From: an uncultured virus (IMG/VR IMGVR_UViG_3300020183_000017)
Lineage: Duplodnaviria; Heunggongvirae; Uroviricota; Caudoviricetes
Length of the DNA stretch: 61,300 nt
Direction: 5' to 3' (one strand)
IMG/VR virus record: IMGVR_UViG_3300020183_000017
Under the pieces are notes generated by a model. That model searched no databases. It saw nothing but the letters and a program-made list of their open reading frames with translations, and was not told the DNA's origin. The position numbers and the translations under genes were made by a program. The stretch's first letter is position 1; every line of letters starts with the position of its first letter. Below, piece by piece: positions 1 to 12,400 of this stretch.

Positions 1-1317
1 GAAGTAGACGGAACGGCTCAGATTGATGGCGCAACAACTATCGGCGCATCTGGAACAAGAGTTGCAACTACTGTTTTTGGTACCACAGTCGCTATCACTG
101 GTAGTAACACAACTAAGGTTGGTGTTGAAGCAGCGACTGGCACTGCAATTACGTTTGAATTAAAAGCTGATAATACTGTGGGCGATGCTCACATGGATCT
201 TAATGTTAAGAATGACTTTACGTTAGATGCTACTGGAATCTCTATTGATTCTACAGATTCTTCTAACTTTACAATGACTTCAAACAGTGCTGCTACTAAG
301 TCATTAGTAATTAATGCTATTAACAGTGGTTCTGGCGAGGCTGAGATTAATATCGGTTCTTCTTTAGCTGATAAATTAAATCTAACCTCTTTAACAAAAT
401 CTACTTTAGATAGTAGCGAAGTTGAAATAAATGTAGCTACCTTAGATATTAACTCCACAGGAGTTGTAACCCTTGATGCTACAACAAGCGTTAGTGTAAA
501 CACAACAAATATCACAATAGGAACTACTGGTGCTGGAAATAGCATTGTAGCTACTACAGCAGCAACAACTTTAAATTCTACAGCGGTAACAATTAGAGGA
601 ACATCTGGTGCTGGAACTGATTCTACTGTAGATATCACTGGTCAAGTAAACATTGATAATATTCGTATTGATGGTAACACAATTTCTACAACAGATGGTA
701 GCAATACTCTCTATCTTGACCCTGCTCCAGTAGCAAATAATGGTGGTACTGTTATTATTAAGGGCGATCTACAGGTTGACGGTACAACTACTACAATTAA
801 TTCTACTCAAGTAACTATTGATGATCCAGTGTTTACTTTAGGTGGTGACACTGTACCAACATCAGATGATAACCTAGATCGTGGTATTAAGTATAACTGG
901 CATGACGGAACTTCTGCTAAAGTAGGTTTCTTTGGTTTTGACGATTCTGCTACAGAATTTGTGTTTATCGCAGATGCAACTGACACTAACTCTGTCTTTA
1001 CTCCAGCCGAAGCTGGTGTATTCGGTAATGTTAGATTTGCTAAATTAGCATTAGTAGACTCTACTGCATCAACAACAACTTCATCAGGTGCGCTAACTGT
1101 TATTGGTGGTGTTGGTATTGGTGGACAATTAAATGTTGGTGGTTCTGTAAATAAATTTACAGGAACAACAGATTCTAGTTCAACTTCTACAGGAGTTGTT
1201 GTAATTTCTGGTGGTGTTGGTATCGCTAAAAATGTATACATAGGCGACGATCTTGTTGGCGCTGGAGCAGGAATTTCTAATTTAGATGGATTTAATATTG
1301 AAGGTGGAACATACTAA
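1..1317 (+). CDS. Tail fibre/baseplate-associated structural protein, 5'-truncated by the window edge
   Basis: Frame is open from base 1 through the tracked ORF 178..1317. Thr/Gly/Ser-rich beta-repeat sequence with 'IKGDLQVDGTTTTINSTQVTIDDPVFTLGG' and 'SGALTVIGGVGIGG' segments typical of T4-like fibre proteins; ends 'IEGGTY'. Confidence 0.7.
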   Translation, partial: EVDGTAQIDGATTIGASGTRVATTVFGTTVAITGSNTTKVGVEAATGTAITFELKADNTVGDAHMDLNVKNDFTLDATGISIDSTDSSNFTMTSNSAATKSLVINAINSGSGEAEINIGSSLADKLNLTSLTKSTLDSSEVEINVATLDINSTGVVTLDATTSVSVNTTNITIGTTGAGNSIVATTAATTLNSTAVTIRGTSGAGTDSTVDITGQVNIDNIRIDGNTISTTDGSNTLYLDPAPVANNGGTVIIKGDLQVDGTTTTINSTQVTIDDPVFTLGGDTVPTSDDNLDRGIKYNWHDGTSAKVGFFGFDDSATEFVFIADATDTNSVFTPAEAGVFGNVRFAKLALVDSTASTTTSSGALTVIGGVGIGGQLNVGGSVNKFTGTTDSSSTSTGVVVISGGVGIAKNVYIGDDLVGAGAGISNLDGFNIEGGTY

Positions 1318-1377
1318 ATAGAAAAATATAATAGAGTTTTTACTCTATCTCAGTGACTGCCTTTTTTAAGGATCGTA

Positions 1378-1677
1378 ATGGCAAATAAAATTATCATTAA
1401 GAAGTCCAGCATTGCTGGAAAAATTCCACTCACTACAGACTTAGAGTATGGTGAGTTGGCGATCAACTACACCGATGGAAAACTGTACTATAAAAATGCA
1501 AATAATGTAGTCGGATTGATTGGAGGCTCTGGTGGCGGTGGTAATATTTTAAGAATTTATCAAAGAGGGGATGTACTGCAAGAAGATGCAGTAATTGTCA
1601 CAGCAACATCAGGTACACTAACTGTTGGTGTTAGACCTTCTACTAGCCCACTAGGATCCGTAGGAGTTTCAATATAA
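1378..1677 (+). CDS. Small virion/fibre protein with a fibre N-terminal-type domain
   Basis: 'IIIKKSSIAGKIP...LEYGELAINYTDGKLYYKN' resembles a common phage fibre N-terminal motif; SD AAGGA upstream. Confidence 0.6.
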   Translation: MANKIIIKKSSIAGKIPLTTDLEYGELAINYTDGKLYYKNANNVVGLIGGSGGGGNILRIYQRGDVLQEDAVIVTATSGTLTVGVRPSTSPLGSVGVSI

Positions 1678-3371
1678 TGGCAAATCGTTTTCCCCTAATA
1701 GTTAAAGTAGGTCAAGTTAATACCATAGAAGAACTTGCATCTGGAGATAATCTAGATTTAACAGGTAATGGTCTTATTGTTGATACCGATAAAGTTCTAT
1801 CATTACCACAAGTTTCTACTACTCTTGTAGGAACTGATACTTCTCAAACTCTTTCAAATAAAGTATTGTCTCTACCTAAAATCGGAGACACTACTGGCGA
1901 TCATTTTTATCAGTTTGCTGTCAATGAATTAGTAGCAACAAGAAATATCACATTACCACTGTTAACTAATAACGACGAGTTTGTGTTTAAAGATCATACA
2001 CAAACTCTTACCAATAAGACCCTAACAAGCCCAACCCTAACAAACCCAACAATCAATGCTGGTGGTGGAACATTAGTTTTACCGCAAGGAACAACACCTG
2101 CGCAAACAGAAGAAGGTTCTATCTTCTGGGATACTAATGATGATCTATTGACGATCGGTACTGCTACTGGTCGAAAAACATTAGTTGATACAGACTCGAC
2201 TCAGTCTCTTAGTGGTAAAACAATAAGCAATTTAATAATCACTGGCACATTAACTGCTGGTGGTACTTCTGGGATAAATAACTACGTCCTTAAATCCACA
2301 GGAACTGGAGTTCAGTGGGTTCAATCTTCTGATGCAATCGCAATAACTGACGCAACTAATGCAGTAGGAACAGTGTATCCTCTACTTGTTAGCGAGACAT
2401 CTGGAACTTTGGTTGATGTTGATATTCTTACAAATAAACTTAGTATTGATGGTCCAACTGGAGATATTACTGTAGGAACCACCACTTTAGCAGATTCTTC
2501 TAATGGTGCGATAAAAGTTACTGGTGGTATTAAAGCAACAAACATTTATGTTCCCTCTAGCACTCTTGGTGCAATAAGCGAAGTTGGCTCAATAAGTTAC
2601 ACAACAGGTAACTCGTCAGCTACTGGTACTGCTCCATTCGCTGTTACCTTTGCAATTACAGCAACAAACTCAAAAGGTGAGACAATAGGAACATCTTCTG
2701 GAACAAGATTTTATCCTTGGACTAGCGGAGCTACTGCACATACAGCAACTGTAACGTGGGGTGCTGTTGCTGGAGCAGTGTCTTATAAAGTATACAGAAA
2801 GACTTCTCTTAGTAATTCTTGGTTTCTTGCAGAAACAGTTCCTGAAGCAAACACAAGAACTCATAGCACTACGTTCTCTATTTCTAGAGCATCATCATTT
2901 GGTTCTGCTCCAGGTTTTTATACAATTGCTTCCTTTTTCTTCTATTATCTATCTACACCACTTTCCCCAGTTAATGGTGCTTCCTCTGGCAGTGCAACAT
3001 TACCACGCTCATTTAATACTACGGGAGTATCATTATATGCCGTAGAAGTCGGCGGCTCGATATCTGCAACTTCTATACGCTTAACTAACTCTACGCCACT
3101 GGTTAACACCAATGGTGCTGGATTAGAGTTTATTCCTAAATATTCTCCGACGATATATACTGGAGATGGAACTACAACAACATATAGTATAGCCACTTCT
3201 GGTTTAAATGACTATGATTTATTCGTTACTGTTGGTGGTGTGCCACAAACTCCAGGAAACTCTTATGCTTACTACATTTCTGGAAGTAATATTGTTTTTA
3301 CTGAAGCGCCCAACCCTACAGATAGAATAGTCATTCGCTACAATCTCTACAAAGTTAGAGGAAGCTCATAA
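1677..3371 (+). CDS. Tail fibre-like structural protein
   Basis: Repeated 'TLVGTDTSQTLSNK / TQTLTNKTLTSPTL / TLVDTDSTQSLSGK' fibre repeats; C-terminal 'TGDGTTTTY...VTVGGVPQTP...YYISGSNIVFTEAP' module; TAATG coupling to the previous gene. Confidence 0.7.
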   Translation: MANRFPLIVKVGQVNTIEELASGDNLDLTGNGLIVDTDKVLSLPQVSTTLVGTDTSQTLSNKVLSLPKIGDTTGDHFYQFAVNELVATRNITLPLLTNNDEFVFKDHTQTLTNKTLTSPTLTNPTINAGGGTLVLPQGTTPAQTEEGSIFWDTNDDLLTIGTATGRKTLVDTDSTQSLSGKTISNLIITGTLTAGGTSGINNYVLKSTGTGVQWVQSSDAIAITDATNAVGTVYPLLVSETSGTLVDVDILTNKLSIDGPTGDITVGTTTLADSSNGAIKVTGGIKATNIYVPSSTLGAISEVGSISYTTGNSSATGTAPFAVTFAITATNSKGETIGTSSGTRFYPWTSGATAHTATVTWGAVAGAVSYKVYRKTSLSNSWFLAETVPEANTRTHSTTFSISRASSFGSAPGFYTIASFFFYYLSTPLSPVNGASSGSATLPRSFNTTGVSLYAVEVGGSISATSIRLTNSTPLVNTNGAGLEFIPKYSPTIYTGDGTTTTYSIATSGLNDYDLFVTVGGVPQTPGNSYAYYISGSNIVFTEAPNPTDRIVIRYNLYKVRGSS

Positions 3372-3402
3372 ATAATACATCTATTGGAAAATTGGAGAAA
3401 AA

Positions 3403-6400
3403 ATGTCTCTTGACGTACTAAAAGCAAACAGAATCGCTGGTTCAGTAACCATCGAACCAAATGAGACCATCTACGACCCAGTGTCGAAGATGCGTGTCTC
3501 CGAGCCATCTAACCTTATTGACACTGACTTCGAATACGGTTTGCAATCTTCAAAGTGGGAAACTTTGGAGCTTATCAATAACATTCCTACATTCTTCGCA
3601 CGTGATGGATCTCTGAGTTTAAATATCGTGACAATGACAGCTGTAAGTGGTAGTAACATTATCGCTGTTACAACTTCTGAAGAACACGGTCTTGTTGTAG
3701 GTAACTCTATTATCGTCAAAGGCGCAAGTTTACAGTTTGCAGATGGTACTTACGTAGTTTTAACAACACCAACTGCAACATCATTCACATACAGAGCTAG
3801 AAGAACTTCTCCAATTACTGGTTCTGTTAGGGAAGACGTTACCGAAATCTATCTTGCTTCTCTATATCAAGGTACTGAATTTAAACTAGAATCTTTGGGT
3901 GCTATCGCAACTAATGGCGCAAACCCTTCTGTTGTTACTGTTACAACTAACGGTCCACACGGATTCGCTAACGGAACTACTTTTATTCTGTTGAATAGTT
4001 TAACATCTCAACAGATTAGTTTCGACGCTGGATTAGTTACTTCGCTAATTTATACAGAAATTCAGTCTATTATTAGAACTGATGACGTAGTAGTAGCTGA
4101 TAACAATAATCACATTGACAAAGCATTTGTAACATTTGGTACAGCTGGCATTAGTGACCCAGGAACTCTGGGTATGACTTTGGTTGTTGATGGAGACGCT
4201 ACTACTGGGAATCTTGGTATTGACGATGATGTCTTTAGAATCCTGTTGCCAGACTCTATTCCATTTAAAATATTCGATCAATCGTTTGATCGTGTATGGA
4301 TATCAACTAATAGTACAGTACTGTTTACAAATGATCTCACTATAGTTGGTGCAGGTCCTTCTACTGGAGTTTCTACAAATTTTGTAGATAACTTGTATAC
4401 GCCAAGAATTAACTTTTTGACTGGCGATTATCGTCTTAAGAAATTATATTATTCAACAACTGGTACTGGTGTAAGAATTCGCTTCGAAGGAAAAGAACAC
4501 CAAGATCCAAGCACAAACACAACTATTATTTGGGAACTTTTTCTTGACTGTGAAAACGATACAATTGAAGCAAGACTTATTAAATTCGATGTGATCACAT
4601 ACACGCTTTCGCAGCTATTTTTTAGGATCAATGGTGCAAATAACGAAGCATTAAATGCAACATTTGCAGGTAATGTATTCCTAGATGCTTCTCAAGGATG
4701 GAAGCGTCAGTTGTTTATCAGAACAACCTCTTCTAATCAAGTTGTATCTTCCTCTAACGGATACGCAGAAAATTCTTTAGACTTAGATAATACTTCTAAG
4801 TTTACCCCATACACATGGACAGCTGAGAAGTTTGCTTTTAACCCAGCGAATGCTTCTCGCCCAACTCTGTTCTTCTCTCTAGGTAAAAATGCTGCAGACT
4901 TGTTTGAATATCAAGGCATAAACGATACAAACTATATTACATCTACACGTGCTAACGTGTTAACTTTTGCACAACCACACTACCTAGTAGATAATAGACC
5001 ATACCTATACAATATGGGTATTCTGAATGGTGGTCTTACTATTGGTGGCGCTCAGATTACAACACCAACAGTTTACTACGTAAGAACAAAACCTGGATTC
5101 TATCCAGGTAATACTACTACTGGTAGTGCAACTCTAAACCAGACAGGTAGCACAACATCATTCTCTATTTCAGGAAACGTGCTAACAGTTAACGCTACTG
5201 TTACAGGAACAGCGTTTGATGTTGGCGCATATCTTTCTGACAGTTTAGGTCATGTTCCTGTAGGAACATATATTACTGCTAGAGGTACTGGTACTGGTAC
5301 TACAGGCACTTATACAATTAACCGTTACCTAACCATTTCAGTTATTGCAGGTAACACTTTGACCGCACAAAGAAATCTCGTTACAGTCGGTTCAACAACT
5401 AACATGACTCCAGGCATGGCGATTCGTTTCGTTCCAGGAACAGCAGTTACTCCATACCTAAGCACTCATATTCAAGGTCCAACTGTAACAGCTGGTCACT
5501 TTACCGTTGGTCAACAATATACTATTGCTGCTCTTGGCACTACTACGCAAGCTCAATGGAATACTATCGCTGGAACTTCTAGCGTAACTTATGCTGTTGG
5601 TTCAACATTTACTGCCGCAACTAACGGAGCGTCATCAGGTACTGGTACAGCAAACGGTAGCCTTGCTGGTATTCTTGGTAACACTACTTACTATGTTAAA
5701 GATGTTTTATCTACGACTCAGATTACTATCTCTACAACACAAACAACTAACGTAAACGATTCTAGTGCAACCCCAATGCAGTTCACTAACCCAGTAGCTA
5801 TGGGTACTGCAACAGTTGCTTCCTTTACTGCACAGATCGGTACAATTATTACTGACTCAACAACTCAGTGCGTGCTGGTTACTCAAACAGCGAGAAGAGT
5901 AGCACTAGCTGTTAACTTTGGCGTTCAGGCAGCTACATCAAGATTCCCTTCAGCAACTGATAGATTCGGTCCACATTCATTCATGGCTGCTGCAAGAGTT
6001 CATGATTATCAAACTGCAACAGGAACTAACTTCGTTCAGTGTTTAGATACTGCAAACTCTGCTATTATTGATAACCAACCTATGGCAGTATGGACTACTG
6101 CCATAGGTGGAACTACAGCATTTACAAATAACTACACTCCATCTCAGTTGACAAACATTGTATATGCTAGAAATCCTAACTCAGATTCTCATACAGCGCA
6201 AGCAACTCTTCCGTTTGGCGCATCTAACGGTTCTAACACTGCTCCAGGCAACGCGAATTTTTCTTCATATACGGGTCCAAATGGAGAGATTGATGGTGCG
6301 ATCGCTACAGTGGCTGCAGCTGCTCAAGATGCAGCCACTATATCAATGACGTTTGACGAAGGTGCGTTTACTACAATTACTGGTACAACTGTTACAACCA

Positions 6401-9400
6401 ACATAATTACTGTTTCAAGTACTACTGGTATGAAAGTCGGTCAGTTGTTTGAAGTCGATTCAAGTATCGGTGGTCTAAATGCTGGAATTTTATATTACAT
6501 TCTCTCAGTTGCTTCTGCAACTACATTGACAGTTTCCACCACTCGTGGTGGTGCTCAAGTTGCTCTATCCACTACAACAGGACAACGTGTTTCTTGCTAT
6601 GCATACGGTCCATTACCAGTGGTTAAGACTAACGTAATGAGTAACTTCTTAGGTGCAACTAACGTAACTACTATTGCTACAAACACTACAGCTGGAACTA
6701 ACAGACTAACCCTCCACACTACTCAGGGTATCGCTGTTAACCAACCATTTACTGTAAATGCTGCGTTCGGTAACATCGTTTCTGGTACAACTTACTTTGT
6801 AAGAAGCATTGTTAGCTCGACAGAAATTACACTAAGCGCAACCCAAGGTGGTACTGAATTCGTTTTAACAACTGCTTCTAACGCTGGCGCTTTATTTACT
6901 GGTACTCCTTTAAGAAATACTCCAAAAGGTCACCAAGTCCTTCTAAGAAATAATGATGGCGTTTTTCAAGCATATGAAGTTAGCCCATTCGGCGAGTTCC
7001 CTACACCTGCTAGTTCATTTAGATGTAACGGTATTATTACCAACCACACAGGTACTACTACAAGAACTCTAACTATTAAGTTAAAAAATCCTCTGAACAA
7101 CGCATTGCTAGTTCAAACTAACAACGTTGGTTTTGACATGTATGGTTCCGTTTCTTCTGATACTTTAACCTTCAACCTATCTACTACAGTTAGTGGTTCT
7201 AACTTAACATTAACTGGTACTGCGGTAGATGGTTATGTTGTTCCTATCAACTACACTCAACCATGGTCTTCAGGAAGAACATGGTACTCTAAGTCTCACG
7301 GATTCCAGAACGGAGATCTAGTCTTCTGGGAAGGGTCAGCTGGTACACAAGCTACCGCTGTACCAACTGGTCTGACAAACAAAGCGTACTTTATCGTTGA
7401 TTCTGCGACAACTGACAGATTTAAGTTGTTGTCTGATGCTGGTACTGCTATAGCTGTAACTACTGCAGCAGGTGCAAACTTAGATACTTCGAACGTATAT
7501 GCAGATAAAACTTTAGTTAATACTGATACCACGTTCGATACAGCTTACTGGAACTGGAAGACCTCAGCTGTTGCTTCTGCTGGCACTTCTATGACTGTTA
7601 CATATCTATCAGCTTCGTACTCTACAATCGCAAACATTGTTGTTCCTACTATTACTGCTGGCGCCAATACATTCACCTTCACTTCTGCTGCTCGTGTAGC
7701 TGGCGGTGGCGGTCTTGGTAACGTGACGCACCATGGTGGTCTAATTAAGTTCTTTGATGCAAACAATCAACCATTAAAGATGGGCACTCCATGGGGTCCA
7801 TCACAAACTCTTACTCTCAACACTAAAATTTTCCATAACAATAATCTTTACAACGTATCTACTGCTGGAACTACTAGTACCACCACTGCTCCATCTCATA
7901 CAGCAGGAACAGTGAGCAATGGTTCTGCAGATTTAACGTATATCGGTGATTGCCGTTTCAATGCATATGACATCCGTGTCGCTGGTGTTTCTGGCACTGC
8001 TCCAGCACTAAGCGTTGTTGTATTTGTAATGACTCCAGGTGGTCTACCAGGAACATTCTCTACTATCTCTACTGCTAAGGTTGTTGTTGATACTGGCCAT
8101 GGTGTTCGCGATGAGGATAACATTTCTATCGGTACAAGTTGGTTGCAAGATGTGTTCATTCATAATAAAGATAACACTAATTTCCCAATGGTCGGTTCTC
8201 AGATTACCGACTACTATGAACACACTAAGATTCCTTCTACTACATTGAAGAAGGGTTCTATTACTGCAATTACTGCTGCAGAATCTAACTCAATTACGTA
8301 TACATTCCCAGCAAATACTGTCAGCATCGCTTCAGTACGTAGAGATAACAACGTAGCAACAGTTACTACTGCTATACCTCACGGATTCAAGATTGGCACT
8401 CAAGTTGCTGTTGCTTCTGTTACAGATGCAACATTCAACAACACTACCGCAGCAATTCTGAATACTACATTTAATACATTCACTTACGCTAATCCTGGCA
8501 CCAACGGAGCCGTATCAACTAACGGTACTGCTTCTCAGTTGATTCCAGCTCTTAACCCACAGATTCTTGCTATTACTGCATTTACAAGCAACTCTACTGC
8601 GGTTGCTACTACTGCAGCACATAACGTACCTGTTGGTGCTATCGTACCAATTCACTTCCAAGGTTTTGCGAATGCAGCTTCTGCTTGGTACGGGCTGTGG
8701 GATGGTAAGATCTATTATGCTAAATCAGCAACTACTACAACTTTAGAGATTTACAAAGATGCTGAAGGTACAGAACCATTCAATACTGCAGCTTTTGCAG
8801 CATATAATAATGGTACTGATGTTGGTAGAATCTATTTCTTAGGCGCTAAACTTTCCTTTACAGGCAACAACCACTACTTCACTAGGAGAGCAGGAAATAC
8901 TGCTGGTGATACACTCTTTAAACAGGCTCACGGGTTTAATGATGGAACTGCAGTAACATATGCTACTGGTGGAGGCGTTGAAATTGGTGGTCTACCTAGT
9001 GGCTCAACCAAATTTGTGTTTAACTCTACAGTTGATCGTTTTCAGTTGACAGATACAGCTACTGGTTGGGATGCTGCAGCTATCTCGTTCACGCAAAACA
9101 CAACTAACCTAGCAATTGCTACTGGAGTTATTACTACTCCTACTCATGGATTCACTACTGGTAAGTTAGTGCAGTATCTATCTACAACTCCTGCTACTGG
9201 TTTAACTAACGGAGCATTCTACTACGTTCGTGCAGATTCTGCTACAACATGCACTCTATACTGGACTCTAGCTGGCGCTCTTGGTGCAATCGCTGACGAT
9301 CGTGTTAAGTTTGTTGGAACTTTAACAGGGACTGGATCTTTACGTCAAGCATCTATAGTAGATATCACAGCAGAAGGAACTGGTACAACGCATACTCTTA

Positions 9401-12400
9401 CTACTGCGGTTACTACTGGATCCGTAGATGGTCTTTATACTGTTGCAGATAATGCTCCAGGTGGAGATAGCAGCAAATTTACGTTAAGCAATGCAAATAA
9501 TGCAGTCATTCCAAAACGTATTCTTGGTATTAGCCCACAGACGAACGTAGACCTATACTGGAACGCAATTTTTAGCGCAGGACATAAACTAATTACAGGA
9601 ACTCCTGTCGTTTATACCTGTGTTGGAACTGCTATGGGTCCATTGGTTAGCGGAACTACATATTTTATTATTAAGGTCACTGAAGATTGGTTCAGATTAG
9701 CTGCTAGCGTCAACGATGCGGTAAACCCTATTGTTATTCCAATTAACTTAAATAGTGGTAACATACTAGGTAGCGGAACTCACCAGTTTGAGGCATCTTC
9801 TGTTGTTGGTTCTATTGTTGGCGCTGGTACTATTGCTCTCGCAGCTGGCACTAGCAAGGTTGTTGGTAATGGGACTAACTTCTCTACAGCATTTAAAGCT
9901 GGTGATAACTTCTACTGGAACTACCCAGCAGTCTATACAGCAAAGACAACAACTTTCGTTTCCTCTACATTTACTAGCGCAGCACATGGTATGCTGACAG
10001 GTATGTCAGTTCGTTGGAATTCAACAGTTTCCGCACCAACTGGTTTAGTTAATAATGGTATTTACTACGTAAGATGGGCAGCAGTTGGAGATTTTAACTT
10101 AGCTCCTACTTACAATGATGCGGTAAACGGAACCAACTTAATTGTTGCTTCTGGAGGTTCTGGCGTTCATACTGTATCGCTAATTGAGCCAGGAAATACT
10201 GGGGTATCTCTAATTTATACTGTTAACTCTAGAACAGTTCTAAACCTAGTAGATACTATTCCAATTAACGAACAATATAAGCTACCAGTAACTTTGGTTT
10301 CTTTAACATCGGCTAGTGCGGATATTACGGTATCATTCCCGATGCCTTGCCCATTCCCAGCTGGTTCTGTTATCGTTTTAACTGGAACAGGAAATACGAC
10401 TCAGATTGATAATATTCCCCTAATCGTTAAAACAAACGCAGGTAGTAACAGCACCTCTATTGTTGTTACTATGCAGTCTAATGCTGCATCAACTACAACA
10501 TTTCCTGCTACTACTACAGCAAATACTGTTCATGGAATTTTCTGCCATGGATTTCCTGCTACAAACACTTATGACATAACATCTAGCTTACTACTACGTG
10601 CTGACTCATCTGCTCTACACAGACCATATGACGGTGGTGTTGAATTAATCTCTACAGACTCTCCGTTTGCAAGAGTCATTCGCCAGACACGTAAATACTT
10701 CCGTTATCAGTCAGGTAAAGGTATTCAGGTTTCATTCGCTATTAACTTTAGCCCTTCAGTTCCTATTAATACTATTACTGGAAATAGTAACTACTACGCT
10801 ACAGTAACTACTCGTATTCCACATAGATGTACGGCTGGGCTTGTTATCAACATATCTGGTGATACTAGTTCAGTTTATAGCGGGAATTACACCATCTATG
10901 ATATTATCGATGACTATGCCTTTAGAATTACTTTAGGTAGTCCTAGTAGTGCAGTTTCTTCTGGTCGTCCACAGTTCCATGTAACTTCTTGGAGCAATGC
11001 TACTGTTCGTTGTGGTTTGTTTGACGATCAGAACGGTATGTTCTTCGAATTTGATGGAAGCCAATTGTATGTTTGCAGAAGAAATTCTATAGTACAACTT
11101 GGCGGAACAGCTAGTGTTGCCTTTAACGGTAATCTGATTGTTGGTTCTGATACTCAGTACTCAACTGAATTGGCTTCTGGCGACTACGTTGTTATTAGAG
11201 GTCAGACATACAAAGTTATTCAAGTACCTAACGCAACTTCTTTCTATATACAACCATCTTACAGAGGTTCTACTGCCTCTAACGTAGTAATAAGTAAGAC
11301 TCAGGAAATTCGTATTCCACAATCTCAGTGGAATTTAGATGTTTGCGATGGAACTGGTCCAACTGGTTATGTCTTGGATAAGTACAAGATTCAGATGGCA
11401 TATATGGACTACAGCTGGTATGGTGCTGGTAAAGTTCGTTTCGGTTTCAAAACTACTGATGGTGTTGTTCGTTATGTACATCAGATTGTACACAACAACC
11501 AATTCGTAGAAGCATATCTACGTTCTGGTAATTTACCAGCACGTTATGAGGTCGAAACTGGCGCTTCTCCAACCTTTATTCCTAAATTAGCACACTGGGG
11601 TACTTCTGTTATTATGGACGGTGGATTTGACGACGATAAAGCCTATTTGTTCTCTTCTACGTCAAACCAGATTCGTACTTCATCAGGTATTTCAGGTAAC
11701 ATTTCGGTTACTGGTGGAACACAAGCATCTGCCTCTCTAACCTTTAAAGCTAATCAGTTGGTTATTGGTCGTTCTTACACTATTTCTTCATCAGGTAATA
11801 CAAACTGGACATTATATGGTGCTGCTAATAGCACCGTAGGAACTAGTTTCGTTGCTACTGCAGTAGCATCGACCGCATTGGGAGCAGGAACTGGTACTGT
11901 TTTTGAATTAGGTAAGTGGTATGCGTATAACAGCGGTGGTAAACTAATTGGTGAGATTGGTTTCGCTATTGAAGTTCCTACACATTCTGATACATTATTC
12001 TCTATCGGCGCGAACTCTCCTATTAGTGGTACTGGTATTGTTGCTGGTACGCTAACTGCTAACCCAACAAACTCTGCTGTTGGTAGCCAGCCATATTTAA
12101 GACAGGTAAGAGTTTCGCCAACAACCACTATTACAAAGAACTTGTTGGTTGTTAACGCAAGACCTTCTTCTATTCAGCCTACAAGCACTGTATATACAGT
12201 TGCTCAGGCTGTAGACTTAACAAAGACAATTCCTTTGTTGTCTCTACGTCTTGCTCCTTCTGTAGATAACGGTATCCCAGGTCTTCTAGGTAACAGAGAA
12301 GTTATTAACCGTATGCAGTTGAACTTAAAAGCTCTTGACGTTCTTTCAACTCACGAGGTTGAGGTATCACTAGTTCTGAACGCTGACTTGGATAACTTAG